Below are positions 46,199 to 56,346 of a stretch of 64,000 nucleotides of DNA, in pieces. The DNA comes from Acidobacteriota bacterium. GTDB lineage: Bacteria; Acidobacteriota; Thermoanaerobaculia; Multivoradales; UBA5704. The number at the start of each line of letters is the position of its first letter. The first letter of the stretch is position 1. The stretch is taken from assembly GCA_040005235.1 (NCBI GenBank), contig JBDTZG010000007.1:73206-137205 (forward strand). Reading direction: 5' to 3'. Under the pieces are notes generated by a model, which had not been told where the DNA came from, did not search any database, and saw only the letters and a program-made list of their open reading frames with translations. The position numbers and the translations under genes are program-made.

Positions 46199-46999
46199 AT
46201 GTCCGATACCGCAGAGCGCAAGCTGGTCCACTACGAAGTCCGCGACGGCGTCGCCTACATCAAGCTCGACGATCCGCCGGCCAATACCTACACCCACGAG
46301 ATGATGTTGCAGCTCGACGCGAGCATCGTCACCGCCCGGTTCGATACCTCCGTCCACGTCATCGTGCTCGCGGGCCAGGGGGAGAAGTTCTTCTGCGCGG
46401 GCGCCAACATCAACATGCTGAAGGCGGCCGATCCGACCTTCAAGTACTACTTCTGCCTGCACGCCAACGAGACGCTCTCCCGGCTGGAGCAGACGCCGAA
46501 GCTGGTCATCGCGGCGCTCGAAGGGCACACCGTTGGCGGCGGGCTGGAAATCGCGATGGCCGCGGACCTGCGAATTGCGAAGAAAGGCTCCGGCAAGACT
46601 GGACTGCCGGAAGTCACCCTCGGCGTCCTTCCCGGCACCGGCGGCACCCAGCGTCTGGTGCGCATGGTCGGCAAGGCGCGGGCGATCGAGCTGATGGCGA
46701 CCGGCCGGCTGATCTCGTTCGAAGAGGCGAAGGAATACGGGATCGTCACCGAGATCTTCGACGGCGACGACTTCATGGGCCAGATTCACACCTACGCGAC
46801 GCAGTTCTGCCCGCCGGGCAAGTCGGCGCGGGCGATCGGCCGGATCAAGCGCTCCGTCCAGTCGGGCGCCGAGATGTCGTTCGAAAGCGGCATGACGCTG
46901 GAGCGCGAGCTACAGCAGCAGCTGTTCCAGGGCGACGACGCGAAGGAAGGGCTCGCGGCCTACATCGAGAAGCGCGCGCCTCAGTTCAAGGGAGCTTAG
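46199..46999 (+). CDS. Enoyl-CoA hydratase/isomerase family protein
   Basis: FFCAGANI, GHTVGGGLE, GLPEVTLGVLPGTGGTQRL. Confidence 0.92.
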   Translation: MSDTAERKLVHYEVRDGVAYIKLDDPPANTYTHEMMLQLDASIVTARFDTSVHVIVLAGQGEKFFCAGANINMLKAADPTFKYYFCLHANETLSRLEQTPKLVIAALEGHTVGGGLEIAMAADLRIAKKGSGKTGLPEVTLGVLPGTGGTQRLVRMVGKARAIELMATGRLISFEEAKEYGIVTEIFDGDDFMGQIHTYATQFCPPGKSARAIGRIKRSVQSGAEMSFESGMTLERELQQQLFQGDDAKEGLAAYIEKRAPQFKGA

Positions 47000-47001
47000 A
47001 G

Positions 47002-48480
47002 ATGGCTGATGTGAGCGCAACGCTCGCCGCCGCACCGAAGCTGCCGCCCGCCCAGCTGTTCGTAGGCGGCGCCTGGGTCGAGCCGGAAGGGGGCAAGACC
47101 TTCGCGACCACGAACCCGGCGACCGAGGAGACGATCTGCGCGATCGGCTCGGCGAGCGCCGGAGACGTCGATCGGGCGGTCGCGGCGGCGAAAGCCGCCC
47201 TGCCGGTCTGGTCGAAGAAAACCACCGCACGCCAGCGCGGCCTGCTGCTCTGGAAGATCGCCGACGAGCTGGAGCGCCGGATCGACGAGTTCGCCCTGCT
47301 CGAAACGCTCGACAACGGCAAGCCGATCTTCGAATCGCGCTACGTCGATCTGCCGACCGCGATCGAGGCACTCCGCTACTTCGCGGGCTGGGCCGACAAG
47401 GTGTCGGGCGACACGATCCAGGTGCAGGGGCCGTTCTCTTTTGCCTACACCCTGCGCGAGCCGGTGGGAGTGATTGCCGCGATCACGCCGTGGAACTTTC
47501 CGATCATCCAGGCGATGTGGAAGATCGCGCCCGCGCTGGCGTTCGGTAACACGATGGTGTTGAAGCCGGCCTCCAATACGCCGCTCACTGCCCTCAAATT
47601 CGCCGAGCTGGCGGCCGAAATGGGGCTGCCGGCGGGAGTGCTGAACGTCGTTCCGGGCGGGGGGGCGACGGTCGGCAACGCCATCGTTTCCCATCCGGAC
47701 GTGGCGAAGATCACCTTCACGGGTTCGACCGAAGTCGGCCGCGATCTGATGAGAAATGCCTCGGCGATGACCAAGCGGCTAACGCTGGAGCTGGGCGGCA
47801 AGTCGCCGAACATCGTCTTTGCCGACGCCGATCTGGACGCCGCGATCAAAGGCGCCTACACGGGAATTTTCTACGGCAAGGGCGAGGTCTGCGCGGCGGG
47901 ATCGCGCCTGTTCGTCGAGCGCTCGGTCCACGCCGAGCTGGTCGAACGGCTGGTCGAGCGGACCCAGAAGCTCAAGCCCGCCGATCCGCTCGACCCAAAG
48001 ACCCGCCTCGGCTCGCTGGTCTCGATGGCCCAGCGCGAAAGCGTCCTCGGCTACGTGAAGATAGGCGTCGAAGAAGGCGCCCGCCTTGCGACCGGCGGCG
48101 AAGCGGCAAGCGTCAACGGCAAAGGCGCCTTCATGCAGCCGACCATCCTCGACAACGTCGCCAACTCCATGCGCGTCGCCCAAGAAGAGATCTTCGGCCC
48201 GGTCCTGGTGGTGATCCCGTTCGAAGACGAAAAAGAAGCGATCGCCCTCGCCAACGACTCGATCTACGGCCTCGCCGCGGGCGTTTGGACGCGGGACATC
48301 GGCCGAGCCCACCGGGTCGCCCACGAAATCCAGTCGGGCACGGTCTGGATCAACCAGTACAACTGGTACGACCCCGCCGCCCCCTTCGGAGGCTTCAAGC
48401 AAAGCGGCTTCGGCCGCGAGCTGGGCAAGGACGCGATCGGCTATTACACCGAGAGTAAGACGGTGTTCGTCGGCAAGTAG
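47002..48480 (+). CDS. Aldehyde dehydrogenase
   Basis: ITPWNFP, FTGSTEVG, LELGGKSP, GEVCAAG, EEIFGPV, PFGGFKQSG. Confidence 0.95.
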   Translation: MADVSATLAAAPKLPPAQLFVGGAWVEPEGGKTFATTNPATEETICAIGSASAGDVDRAVAAAKAALPVWSKKTTARQRGLLLWKIADELERRIDEFALLETLDNGKPIFESRYVDLPTAIEALRYFAGWADKVSGDTIQVQGPFSFAYTLREPVGVIAAITPWNFPIIQAMWKIAPALAFGNTMVLKPASNTPLTALKFAELAAEMGLPAGVLNVVPGGGATVGNAIVSHPDVAKITFTGSTEVGRDLMRNASAMTKRLTLELGGKSPNIVFADADLDAAIKGAYTGIFYGKGEVCAAGSRLFVERSVHAELVERLVERTQKLKPADPLDPKTRLGSLVSMAQRESVLGYVKIGVEEGARLATGGEAASVNGKGAFMQPTILDNVANSMRVAQEEIFGPVLVVIPFEDEKEAIALANDSIYGLAAGVWTRDIGRAHRVAHEIQSGTVWINQYNWYDPAAPFGGFKQSGFGRELGKDAIGYYTESKTVFVGK

Positions 48481-48508
48481 CGGAAGGTGCGAAAGCTGTT
48501 CCTGGGAC

Positions 48509-48533
48509 CGCCGGCGTCCTCGCCGGCGTTTTT
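48509..48533 (+). terminator. Rho-independent terminator
   Basis: CGCCGGCG-tcct-CGCCGGCG followed by TTTTT. Confidence 0.7.
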
Positions 48534-48549
48534 GTTCGAACTGATCGGA

Positions 48550-48891
48550 TCAGGCGGCCTTCAAGAAAAAGTCGACGTGGACGGCGTCGTACGGAAAGAC
48601 AAACCGGCCGCCGTGGGCTCGATCCAGGATCCCCGCCACCGCCAGGGCTGAGAGATCCTCTCCGACCGCGTTGGCGTCTCGTCCGGATCGCTCAGCAGCC
48701 TCGCCTGAAGTGACCGGGCCAGCTCCGGTGAGCGCCGAGAGCAACTCCCAGCGCGTCGGGGTCAGCACCTTAAATAGGAGCGCCGGTGTCTCAAAGCTGA
48801 GAAAATCTCCCTGCGGCTGGCCCTCAAATGCGGCCAGTACGCGGCGATCGGTTTTCTCGCGAGAAGCGACTTCAAGCGTCACGGTTCGCAT
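48550..48891 (-). CDS. Predicted winged-helix regulator/antitoxin (HVO_A0114-like)
   Basis: LSFETP.LLFKVLTPTRWELL...GRD..V..D...FPYDAVHVDF. Confidence 0.7.
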   Translation of the reverse strand: MRTVTLEVASREKTDRRVLAAFEGQPQGDFLSFETPALLFKVLTPTRWELLSALTGAGPVTSGEAAERSGRDANAVGEDLSALAVAGILDRAHGGRFVFPYDAVHVDFFLKAA

Positions 48892-48912
48892 GTTTGATTC
48901 TCCATCGTTTTT

Positions 48913-49830
48913 TCACCCAAACCCCGCCAGCAGATAAAACCACCCCCAAAGCGTCAGGAACGAAATCGGGATCCCCACCCCGACCAGCAGCGCGGCCAAC
49001 TCGCCGTCGAGTCCGTATTCCTGGGCGACGATCGAGCCGGTGATCATGGGGGCCATCGCGGCTTCAAAGACGGTGACTTGAAACACCGGGCCGCGCGCGC
49101 CGAGGAGTAGGCCGAAGACGGCCAGGGCGAGGAGCGGTGCTGCGAGCAGCTTGTAGCCGAGTCCGATGCCCAGCTCGCGGCGTCGAGTTGTGAGGCCCTC
49201 GAATTGGAGCTGAATCCCTACCGAGAGCAGCGCGAGCGGAGTAAGCGTATCGCCCAGGCGGGCGAGCAGCGCGTTCGCCCAGGCGGGATATTCGAACGGC
49301 CTTAGGGCGACCGTGGCGAGCAGGGTGAGAAAAGGTGGGAAGAGCAGCACCCTGCGGGAGATTTCGGCGACTGAGGTTTTTTCGCCCTCTCTCGCGGCGA
49401 GCCGCGTCGCCAAGAGGATGCCGGGGATGTTGAGGCAGAGAAACGTACCGAGCTGGTCCGCCATCACGCCCACGCCGAGAAGGCTCTTGCCGTAATAGGC
49501 CTCGATCATCGGCAGGCCGACGAACGACGTGTTGCCGAGCGCCGCGGTGAGGCAGAGGGCTCCCGTGGCCTCTCGGCTCAAGACCCCGAATCGCCACAGC
49601 AGTAGGAACAGTCCCGCCCCGATCGAGAAAACCAGCCAGGGCATCAGCGCCGGAATCAGCAGGCTGCGCTCGAACTTGAGCGCATGGACGTGCTCCAGGA
49701 CCAACGCGGGGAGGGCGACGTAGAGAACCGCCAGGTTGAGCGGTTTGGACCCCTCGGCTCCTACCTTGCCGCTGGCCCGAAGGACAATCCCGGCGAGCAG
49801 ACAGACGGTAAGGAGGACAAGGTTGCTCAC
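48913..49830 (-). CDS. AEC family (auxin efflux carrier) transporter
   Basis: About 10 TM; YVALPAL, GNTSFVGLP, TPLALLSVG, EAAMAP. Confidence 0.88.
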   Translation of the reverse strand: MSNLVLLTVCLLAGIVLRASGKVGAEGSKPLNLAVLYVALPALVLEHVHALKFERSLLIPALMPWLVFSIGAGLFLLLWRFGVLSREATGALCLTAALGNTSFVGLPMIEAYYGKSLLGVGVMADQLGTFLCLNIPGILLATRLAAREGEKTSVAEISRRVLLFPPFLTLLATVALRPFEYPAWANALLARLGDTLTPLALLSVGIQLQFEGLTTRRRELGIGLGYKLLAAPLLALAVFGLLLGARGPVFQVTVFEAAMAPMITGSIVAQEYGLDGELAALLVGVGIPISFLTLWGWFYLLAGFG

Positions 49831-49845
49831 CGGGCGGAAACGCTA

Positions 49846-50997
49846 TCACCGCCCGGCGGCGGCGCCCGGCGACCCTTCCGCCGCGAGCCCATACGACTCC
49901 TCGTGCCGCCGTCGCCAGAAGGGCGCTTCGGGCCACCGGGCCTCCTGCGCGTAATGCAACCTCTGCTGATCGAGATAGGTGCCGTAGGCGCGCTCCAACA
50001 GATCCAGATACGCGAGGCGCGCTTCGTCCCGGCCGGCGAGGAGGTCGGCGATCGCGTGGCCGCCGTAGAAGCCTGAGCCCATGGCGCTCGCCACTCCATG
50101 CGAGGAGAGCGGGTCGTACGCTTTCGCGGCGTCCCCCAGGGCGATCCAGCCTTCGCCCACGATCGTGTCGAGCCGTGAGCTTTCGGCCGGCTGGACCTTG
50201 AGGGGCGCCGTCACCCGGTAACCGGCCCCTTCGACTCGCTCCCGGGTCGCCTCGGTTCGGCGCAGAAGCTGCCACCAGGCGCCCGGATCGGCGGTCGCGC
50301 GCCGGAGGGGGCGGTCGAGAAGGTCTCCGTCGCTCAAGTACGCCACGGCCAAGCGGCCGTCGGCCAGCAGGGCCGAGTACCACCAGCCGTCGGGGGTGGC
50401 CTCGACCAGGGTGTAGGTGTCTGCTGCGGGCGTCGGGCTCGCGAGGAGTCCGGTGATGCCGGTCAGCCGGTCGTAGCGCACCCGTCGGGCGCCGAGCCGG
50501 CGGGCGAGCCGGGCGTGGCGGCCGGTCGCGTCGGCCACGAAGTCGACGTCCAGAGCTTCGCGCCGACCCGCTTGGAGGACCGTGAGGCGCCATCCCCGTT
50601 CGGTGCGGAGGCAACCGGCCAGCCGGGTGCCCCAGCGCCATTCGGCGCCTGCCTCTTGGGCGCTCTCGGCGAGGCGTGCCTCGAAACGGCGCCGATCGAC
50701 GTGCCAGCCGTTGCCGAACGGATTCGCCAGGAACGGGCTTTCGGCCGGCCGGGCGGAGCCCCAGTGCGACCGGTTGCCCTGGGAGCGGAGATGACCGTCC
50801 GCTTGGAGCCAGGCTTCGAGCCCGAGATGCTTGAGGAGAGGGTTGAGACCCGGCGGCAACGTCTCGCCCACTTTGAGTTGCGGCGCGGGATGCGCCTCCA
50901 AAACGATCGGCTGAACGCCGCGCCGGGCAAGCACCCGGGCGGCCACCGCGCCGGCGGGACCGCCGCCTACGATGGCCACCCGAGGTGCGTCGTGCAT
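49846..50997 (-). CDS. LodB/GoxB-like FAD-dependent oxidoreductase (CTQ cofactor maturation)
   Basis: IVGGGPAG, GETLPP, GWHVDRRRFE, DATGR, GWWYSA, GDAA..DPLSSHG; TGATG overlap with the upstream oxidase gene. Confidence 0.85.
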   Translation of the reverse strand: MHDAPRVAIVGGGPAGAVAARVLARRGVQPIVLEAHPAPQLKVGETLPPGLNPLLKHLGLEAWLQADGHLRSQGNRSHWGSARPAESPFLANPFGNGWHVDRRRFEARLAESAQEAGAEWRWGTRLAGCLRTERGWRLTVLQAGRREALDVDFVADATGRHARLARRLGARRVRYDRLTGITGLLASPTPAADTYTLVEATPDGWWYSALLADGRLAVAYLSDGDLLDRPLRRATADPGAWWQLLRRTEATRERVEGAGYRVTAPLKVQPAESSRLDTIVGEGWIALGDAAKAYDPLSSHGVASAMGSGFYGGHAIADLLAGRDEARLAYLDLLERAYGTYLDQQRLHYAQEARWPEAPFWRRRHEESYGLAAEGSPGAAAGR

Positions 50998-53024
50998 CAG
51001 CGCGAATCTCGCCGGAGATTGCGCCGCCTTGGGTGCATCTCCTCCACCGGCTCTGCCACTTCTTCCGCTTCTTCGGCAACCGCTTCCGCGAATCCCGGCG
51101 CCGCCGCCTTCAGCAGGACCGGCTCGATCCCCTCGACCTTCAGCAGCTGGCGCCAGGACGGATCGGCTGTGGTGAACGAGGGGTCGCGCTGGGTTTCCAC
51201 CCAGGAGCGCGCCGGCAGCCCCGGCTCGGGCTCCACCCCTTCGGGCGCCGTCCGCTCGGTGACGATCCCGAGCAGGCTCCACTCTTGGACCATGTTGTTG
51301 ATCCTCTGTTGGTAACTGGAGCCCTGGATGTCGCGCAGCCAGAACTGGCGATAGCCGGCGTTTTTGAGCCGCTGGGCGTAGGGGAGACGAGGATCGTTCG
51401 CCTGCTCGAACGCCTGCTCGCTAAGCACCTGGTTGGGCACCCGGGCGGCCCAGAACGACGGGACGGGCAGATAGCTCGATGCGTCGTAGCCCGCGAGGCA
51501 GCTCGCCTCGTCGGTCTGCCAGGGGATGCCGAGCCAGCGGGAGAGCGAGCCGGGGCCGCTCGCCGCGAGCGGTCCGTTCTCCCCCAGGCAGACCTCCGGG
51601 GTGAGCACGGGGCCGAAGTCATCCGAAGGAGCGACGTCAGGCGGCAGGATGTGGAGCCGAAACGGCAGGCCGTGCGCCTCGGCCGGCGGGCGCCACATCC
51701 GCGGCACCCGCATCGGCCAAGTCATCTCGATGCCCGGATGGAAGGGGCCGCCGAGGCACCCTTCGAGCGGCGTCCGGTCGAGCGCGCCCGGCTGGGCTTC
51801 GAGCGGGAGCGATTCGAGGTCCGGCGGCGGCTGCACCGGTTCACCGGTTTCGAAGTCGCCCTCGGCCCAGCGCTTGAGCCAGCCGTAGAGCGTCTCGGTG
51901 AGCGCCAGCTCGTCGATCGCGATGCCTTCGTAGTCGCCGAAACCGTCGCCGTAGAAGGGCGGGAGATGAGAAGGCTGCGGCGGCGGCAATTGCACCCGGC
52001 GGCCGGGCCGGTCCCAAGGCTGCACCGGCCGGCGAAACAGGCGGAAGACCGCCTCGCGGTCAGGTCTCGCGGCCGGGCTCGGGTCCGCGAGTTTCGCGCG
52101 CGTCTGCGGGTCGGTGTAATCGCCGGGCGAGCCCGCGCCGAACAGGAGGTACATCCCCTGGTTAACCCAGCTGCTGTGCACCATCCGTTCGAGCAGCGGG
52201 TAGATGTGCTCCCAAAAGGTCAGGCGCTCGACCGCGGGTAACCACCCGTGGCGCACGAAGAGATCGTAGACCACGTCGTACATCGTGACCACGCTGTACA
52301 GGCCGGGGCCGAAGTTCGGCGGAGTCACCACCACCATCGCCGGCTCGGCGTGGAGCGGTTCGCTGCTGCCGTGGAGCTTCACTTGGGCGCGCACGGGTCC
52401 GTCGGAGATGTCGTCGTACCACCCCTCGTTGTTGGCGAACGTGATCGCCGGCTGGTTCGTGGAGGAGGCGGATTTGCCTTCGCCGCCGAGAACGATCAGG
52501 CGCCCCTTTTCGTCCGTGCGCAGCTCGCCGAGGGGCACCTGGATCGGCGAGCCGTCGCCGAACCGGATGAAGCCGCCGTCGAAGCGATAGCGCGGCCCGC
52601 TCGTGCCGCGCCCGCTGATCCGGAGGGCGCCCGGATCGATCACCAAAGCGGGGCGCGAGCCGCTGGTGACGGAGCCGTTCCGGAAGGTGGTGGACATCGC
52701 GTACTGCTTGAGATCCATCGCGTTGAAGAACTGATACCAGGCCGCCTTGCGGTTCGCGAGGTGGACCCCCCAGGTGATCTCCGCGTCGTCGGCGGTGATC
52801 TCCCGCACCACCCGTCCGTCCTCGTCGTAGCCGTAGATGCGGAAGCGGGCCGCTTCCTTGCGCACCTCGCCTTCGTCGTTCTTGAACCCGCCGGGGCCGG
52901 GATCGGCCGTCCGGCCGGGCACCTCCGGCGCAAGGTAGTAGTCGTGGGCCGGGGCGTTGCCGACCCTGGCCACGCCGACAGAAGGATGGATCGCACAGCG
53001 GACGATGGGCTTTGAATCGGACAT
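50997..53024 (-). CDS. LodA/GoxA family CTQ-dependent amino-acid oxidase
   Basis: IHPSVGVARVGN, ARFRIYGY, HLANRKAAWY, LGELRTD..GRL, WYDDISDGPV, GGPFHPGIEMTW, PWQTDEASC...FWAARVPNQV. Confidence 0.92.
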   Translation of the reverse strand: MSDSKPIVRCAIHPSVGVARVGNAPAHDYYLAPEVPGRTADPGPGGFKNDEGEVRKEAARFRIYGYDEDGRVVREITADDAEITWGVHLANRKAAWYQFFNAMDLKQYAMSTTFRNGSVTSGSRPALVIDPGALRISGRGTSGPRYRFDGGFIRFGDGSPIQVPLGELRTDEKGRLIVLGGEGKSASSTNQPAITFANNEGWYDDISDGPVRAQVKLHGSSEPLHAEPAMVVVTPPNFGPGLYSVVTMYDVVYDLFVRHGWLPAVERLTFWEHIYPLLERMVHSSWVNQGMYLLFGAGSPGDYTDPQTRAKLADPSPAARPDREAVFRLFRRPVQPWDRPGRRVQLPPPQPSHLPPFYGDGFGDYEGIAIDELALTETLYGWLKRWAEGDFETGEPVQPPPDLESLPLEAQPGALDRTPLEGCLGGPFHPGIEMTWPMRVPRMWRPPAEAHGLPFRLHILPPDVAPSDDFGPVLTPEVCLGENGPLAASGPGSLSRWLGIPWQTDEASCLAGYDASSYLPVPSFWAARVPNQVLSEQAFEQANDPRLPYAQRLKNAGYRQFWLRDIQGSSYQQRINNMVQEWSLLGIVTERTAPEGVEPEPGLPARSWVETQRDPSFTTADPSWRQLLKVEGIEPVLLKAAAPGFAEAVAEEAEEVAEPVEEMHPRRRNLRRDSR

Positions 53025-53067
53025 TCGCGGCTCTCCTCTTTCAAGCGACAAGTGCGGAAGCGAAAGC

Positions 53068-56000
53068 TTAGCTCAACAACCTTTCCAAATCCTCCGCCGT
53101 CAGCTGTTTCAACAGGCGGGTGTCTTGGCTCACGATCGCGTCGGCCAGCGCCCGTTTTTCCTTTTGCAGCTCGATGATCTTTTCTTCCACCGTGTCGCGG
53201 GCGATCAGGCGGTAGGCGAAGACGGCTCGGGTCTGGCCGATGCGGTGGGCGCGGTCGATCGCTTGGGTTTCGACCGCGGGGTTCCACCAGGGATCGAGCA
53301 GGAAGACATAGCTCGCCGCGGTGAGATTCAAGCCGACGCCGCCGGCCTTGAGGCTGATCAGGAACAGGCTGCAGGTAGGGTCGTTTTGGAATCGATCCAC
53401 TTTCGCCCTGCGGTCGACCGTCTTGCCGTCCAGATATTCGTAGACGACTCCGGAACGATCCAGTCGGTCGCGCACGATCGCCAGAAACTTGGTGAACTGG
53501 GAAAAGACGATCGCCTTGTGCCCGCCGGCTTCGATCTCCGCGATCTGTTCGAGCAGCGCGTCGAGCTTGGCACTCGGTTCCTTGAGCATGCCCGGATCGA
53601 TCAGCGCGGCATGGCAGGCGGCCTGGCGCAGGCGGAGGAGCGCTTCGAGCACGATGATCTTGGCGCCGTTCAAGGAGGGCGCCGCCTTGCCGAGCAGGAC
53701 CTGGCGGTAGTGGTCGCGCAGCTGGTCGTAGCGCTTCCTCTCTTTGGCCGACAGCTCGCAGAACAGCGTTTGCTCGGTTTTCGGCGGTAGCTCGGTCAGC
53801 ACCTGATCTTTCGTCCGCCGGAGCAGGAGCGGCGACAGCGCGCGGGCGACCGTGGCGAGGGCCGCCGGTGGGAGCCAAGAGCGTCCGGCATGATCGGAGA
53901 GAACCGGGAGCGCGCCGAGCAGGCCGGGGTTCAAAAACTCGAACAGCGACCAGAGCTCTCCCAGGTGGTTTTCGATCGGCGTGCCGGTGAGGGCGAGGCG
54001 CAGGCGCGAGCGAATCAGGCGGCAGGCTTTCGCGGTCTGCGAGGCAGAGTTCTTGATCGCCTGCGCCTCATCGAGCACCACGAGATCGAACTCCATCTCG
54101 CGCAGGCGAGGCAAGTCGAGGCGGAGGGTGGCGTAGGTGGTGACCAGGACGTCGTAGCTCCCGAGATTCCCCGCGAGTACGTGGCGGTCGGCGCCGTGGA
54201 AGATGCCGAGCCGTAAGCCGGGAGTGAAGCGCGCGGCCTCGTCCGCCCAGTGGGGCACCACGCTCTTCGGCACCACCAGAAGCGACGGCCGTCCCGCGGG
54301 AAGCCCTTGGGCCTTCCTCGCCGCGAGGTGGGCGAGCAGCTGAATCGTCTTGCCCAGGCCCATGTCGTCGGCGAGGCAGCCGCCGAGGCCAAGGTCGGCG
54401 AGCAGCGCAAGCCAGGCGAGTCCGATCTGCTGATAGGGACGGAGAGAGCCGAAGAAACCTTCCGGCGCTTCCGCCGGAACCAACCGATCGAACGAGCGGA
54501 GGCGCTCGCGCGCCCGGGCGAAGATGGCGTCCACCTCGACCGCCGGCTCCGCGGCGAGCAGGGCGTCGAGCACCAAGGCTTGGTGCGCGCCGAAGCGCAG
54601 CGCTTCGCCCTCTCCCGAGCCGGCCGCGAGACGCGCCATCGAGCCGTACCGGGCGAGCCATTCAGGCGGCAGCAGCCCGACCGAGCCGTCGGGCAGATCG
54701 ATGTCGATCCGCCCTTCGCGCACCGTGCGCAAGAGTTCCGGCAGCCGGGCGGAGACGCCGCCGAAATCGAGTGCGCCGTCCAGATCGAACCAGTCGATGC
54801 CAGAGGCGACCTTCAGGTCGAACCGGCCCGCCGAGCGTAGCGGGCGCCCTTCGATCTCGATCTGCCAGCCCTGTTCCTCGTGAGCCTTCTGGGCGTTGAA
54901 AAAATCGGCGGTGGTAATCCAGGCCATCTGCCCCGAAACCAGCCAACCCGCGGCAACGAGCTGGTCGCGACGCCTCGCCTCGCCTTCGAAGTCGCGCGCC
55001 AGGCGTTCTCCGGGAGCGCTGCCCGGCAGAATCGTTCGGGGATCTTCGACCGTCGTCCGCTGATCGCCGTACATGAAGCCGAACTGGCCGCCGACCCGGT
55101 TGCCCTCCCGCGGGAAATAGACCTCCATCCAGGGGGTCAAGGGAAGATTTTCGACCCGCGGACGAAGGCGCTCGGGCACGGAGAGCGGCGGCAGCCGGGG
55201 ATCGCCCCACAGCGTTTCGAGCGCGGCGCCGACATCGCGCTCCGGGATCTCGACCATCTCGTCGCGGCGCAGCAGGTTCACCCACGGGAGCGCCTCGGTT
55301 TCGACCGCGAAGCGGGCAACGCGGTCAGCGAGGAAGACCACGCCGGAGGCGAGCAGCAGCCGCGGGGCGGTGAGCGGAATCTCTTCCCCCTCGCGCACCA
55401 GCCGTCCGGTCAGCCGGAGCATTCTCTCGTGGTCTTCCAGGGCGAGCGCGAACCGCCAAGGCGGCCCATCGTCCCACGTGAGCGGAACCGGCTCGGCCCC
55501 TTCGTCCCACCAACCGAAATGGCCGGTGGCACAAAGCATCGGAACGACCACCGGCATGAGCGCGGAAGGAACGGTCGCCGACGAGACCGTGGAGCCGTAG
55601 TAGCGCCCCAGCGAGCGCCAATTCGACTCGGGCAGCGTCGCGAGCAGCTCGATCGCGGAGCGAACCGCCACCGGCGCCTCGTTCGGATAGCCGATGCGCA
55701 GGATGAACGCGCGGCGCTTGCCGCGCTGCCCGGTCTTCAACGTCGGCTGTTGGATGAATTCGACCTTCAGCTCGCCGCGCTCCGAGAGGGTGGAAGAGCC
55801 TTGCGGCAAGAGCCAGACGAACGGCGGCAGCGCGGAGGTTCGGATCGAGCTTGCCGAAGGCAGCGACGCGCCCAACCCGCCTGACACTCCCGACCTGCCG
55901 GCCGTCAAGCCGGCGATCTTCTGGCGCCAAGGGCTTGGGGGCAGCTCTCCGAGCGAGCGGTCGCCGAGCAGAGCGAGAGCCGGCCCCAGATCGACCCCGG

Positions 56001-56346
56001 ATTCGGCGTCGCCGAGCTCCAGGTAGAGCTCCTGCGCACCCGGAACCCGCAGCGAGAAGCCGAGGCGGTCCATCTCGACCAGGGTCGCCCAGATGTGTTT
56101 GCAGACGTCCGCCTCGGCGTACGCGCAGTTGCAATCGACGTCCAGGCTCAGATCGGCGATCGCGAGCCGCCAATCGATCCGAACCTGGTAGCGCTCCGAG
56201 GCACTGCCCCGCACCGCGGCCTGGAGGAACGATTCGGCCTCGGGCGCGCGTACGACCCGGACCCGTCCCTGGCGGGCGTACGACTCCCCGCGGCTCCTCA
56301 CCGCGCTCGAAACCGAGCGGCGACACCTCGCGGCGAGAGTTTTCAT
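53068..56346 (-). CDS. SNF2-family helicase/ATPase with N-terminal SWIM zinc finger
   Basis: CNC..CKH SWIM; LADDMGLGKT, LDEAQAIKN, LTGTPIEN, SLKAGGVGLNL, QAIDRAHRIGQ. Confidence 0.93.
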   Translation of the reverse strand: MKTLAARCRRSVSSAVRSRGESYARQGRVRVVRAPEAESFLQAAVRGSASERYQVRIDWRLAIADLSLDVDCNCAYAEADVCKHIWATLVEMDRLGFSLRVPGAQELYLELGDAESGVDLGPALALLGDRSLGELPPSPWRQKIAGLTAGRSGVSGGLGASLPSASSIRTSALPPFVWLLPQGSSTLSERGELKVEFIQQPTLKTGQRGKRRAFILRIGYPNEAPVAVRSAIELLATLPESNWRSLGRYYGSTVSSATVPSALMPVVVPMLCATGHFGWWDEGAEPVPLTWDDGPPWRFALALEDHERMLRLTGRLVREGEEIPLTAPRLLLASGVVFLADRVARFAVETEALPWVNLLRRDEMVEIPERDVGAALETLWGDPRLPPLSVPERLRPRVENLPLTPWMEVYFPREGNRVGGQFGFMYGDQRTTVEDPRTILPGSAPGERLARDFEGEARRRDQLVAAGWLVSGQMAWITTADFFNAQKAHEEQGWQIEIEGRPLRSAGRFDLKVASGIDWFDLDGALDFGGVSARLPELLRTVREGRIDIDLPDGSVGLLPPEWLARYGSMARLAAGSGEGEALRFGAHQALVLDALLAAEPAVEVDAIFARARERLRSFDRLVPAEAPEGFFGSLRPYQQIGLAWLALLADLGLGGCLADDMGLGKTIQLLAHLAARKAQGLPAGRPSLLVVPKSVVPHWADEAARFTPGLRLGIFHGADRHVLAGNLGSYDVLVTTYATLRLDLPRLREMEFDLVVLDEAQAIKNSASQTAKACRLIRSRLRLALTGTPIENHLGELWSLFEFLNPGLLGALPVLSDHAGRSWLPPAALATVARALSPLLLRRTKDQVLTELPPKTEQTLFCELSAKERKRYDQLRDHYRQVLLGKAAPSLNGAKIIVLEALLRLRQAACHAALIDPGMLKEPSAKLDALLEQIAEIEAGGHKAIVFSQFTKFLAIVRDRLDRSGVVYEYLDGKTVDRRAKVDRFQNDPTCSLFLISLKAGGVGLNLTAASYVFLLDPWWNPAVETQAIDRAHRIGQTRAVFAYRLIARDTVEEKIIELQKEKRALADAIVSQDTRLLKQLTAEDLERLLS

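Noticed and set aside
49064-51079. 671-aa Arg/Pro-rich ORF
   Set aside because: Alternative frame over the flavoprotein and AEC genes with low-complexity GC-driven composition
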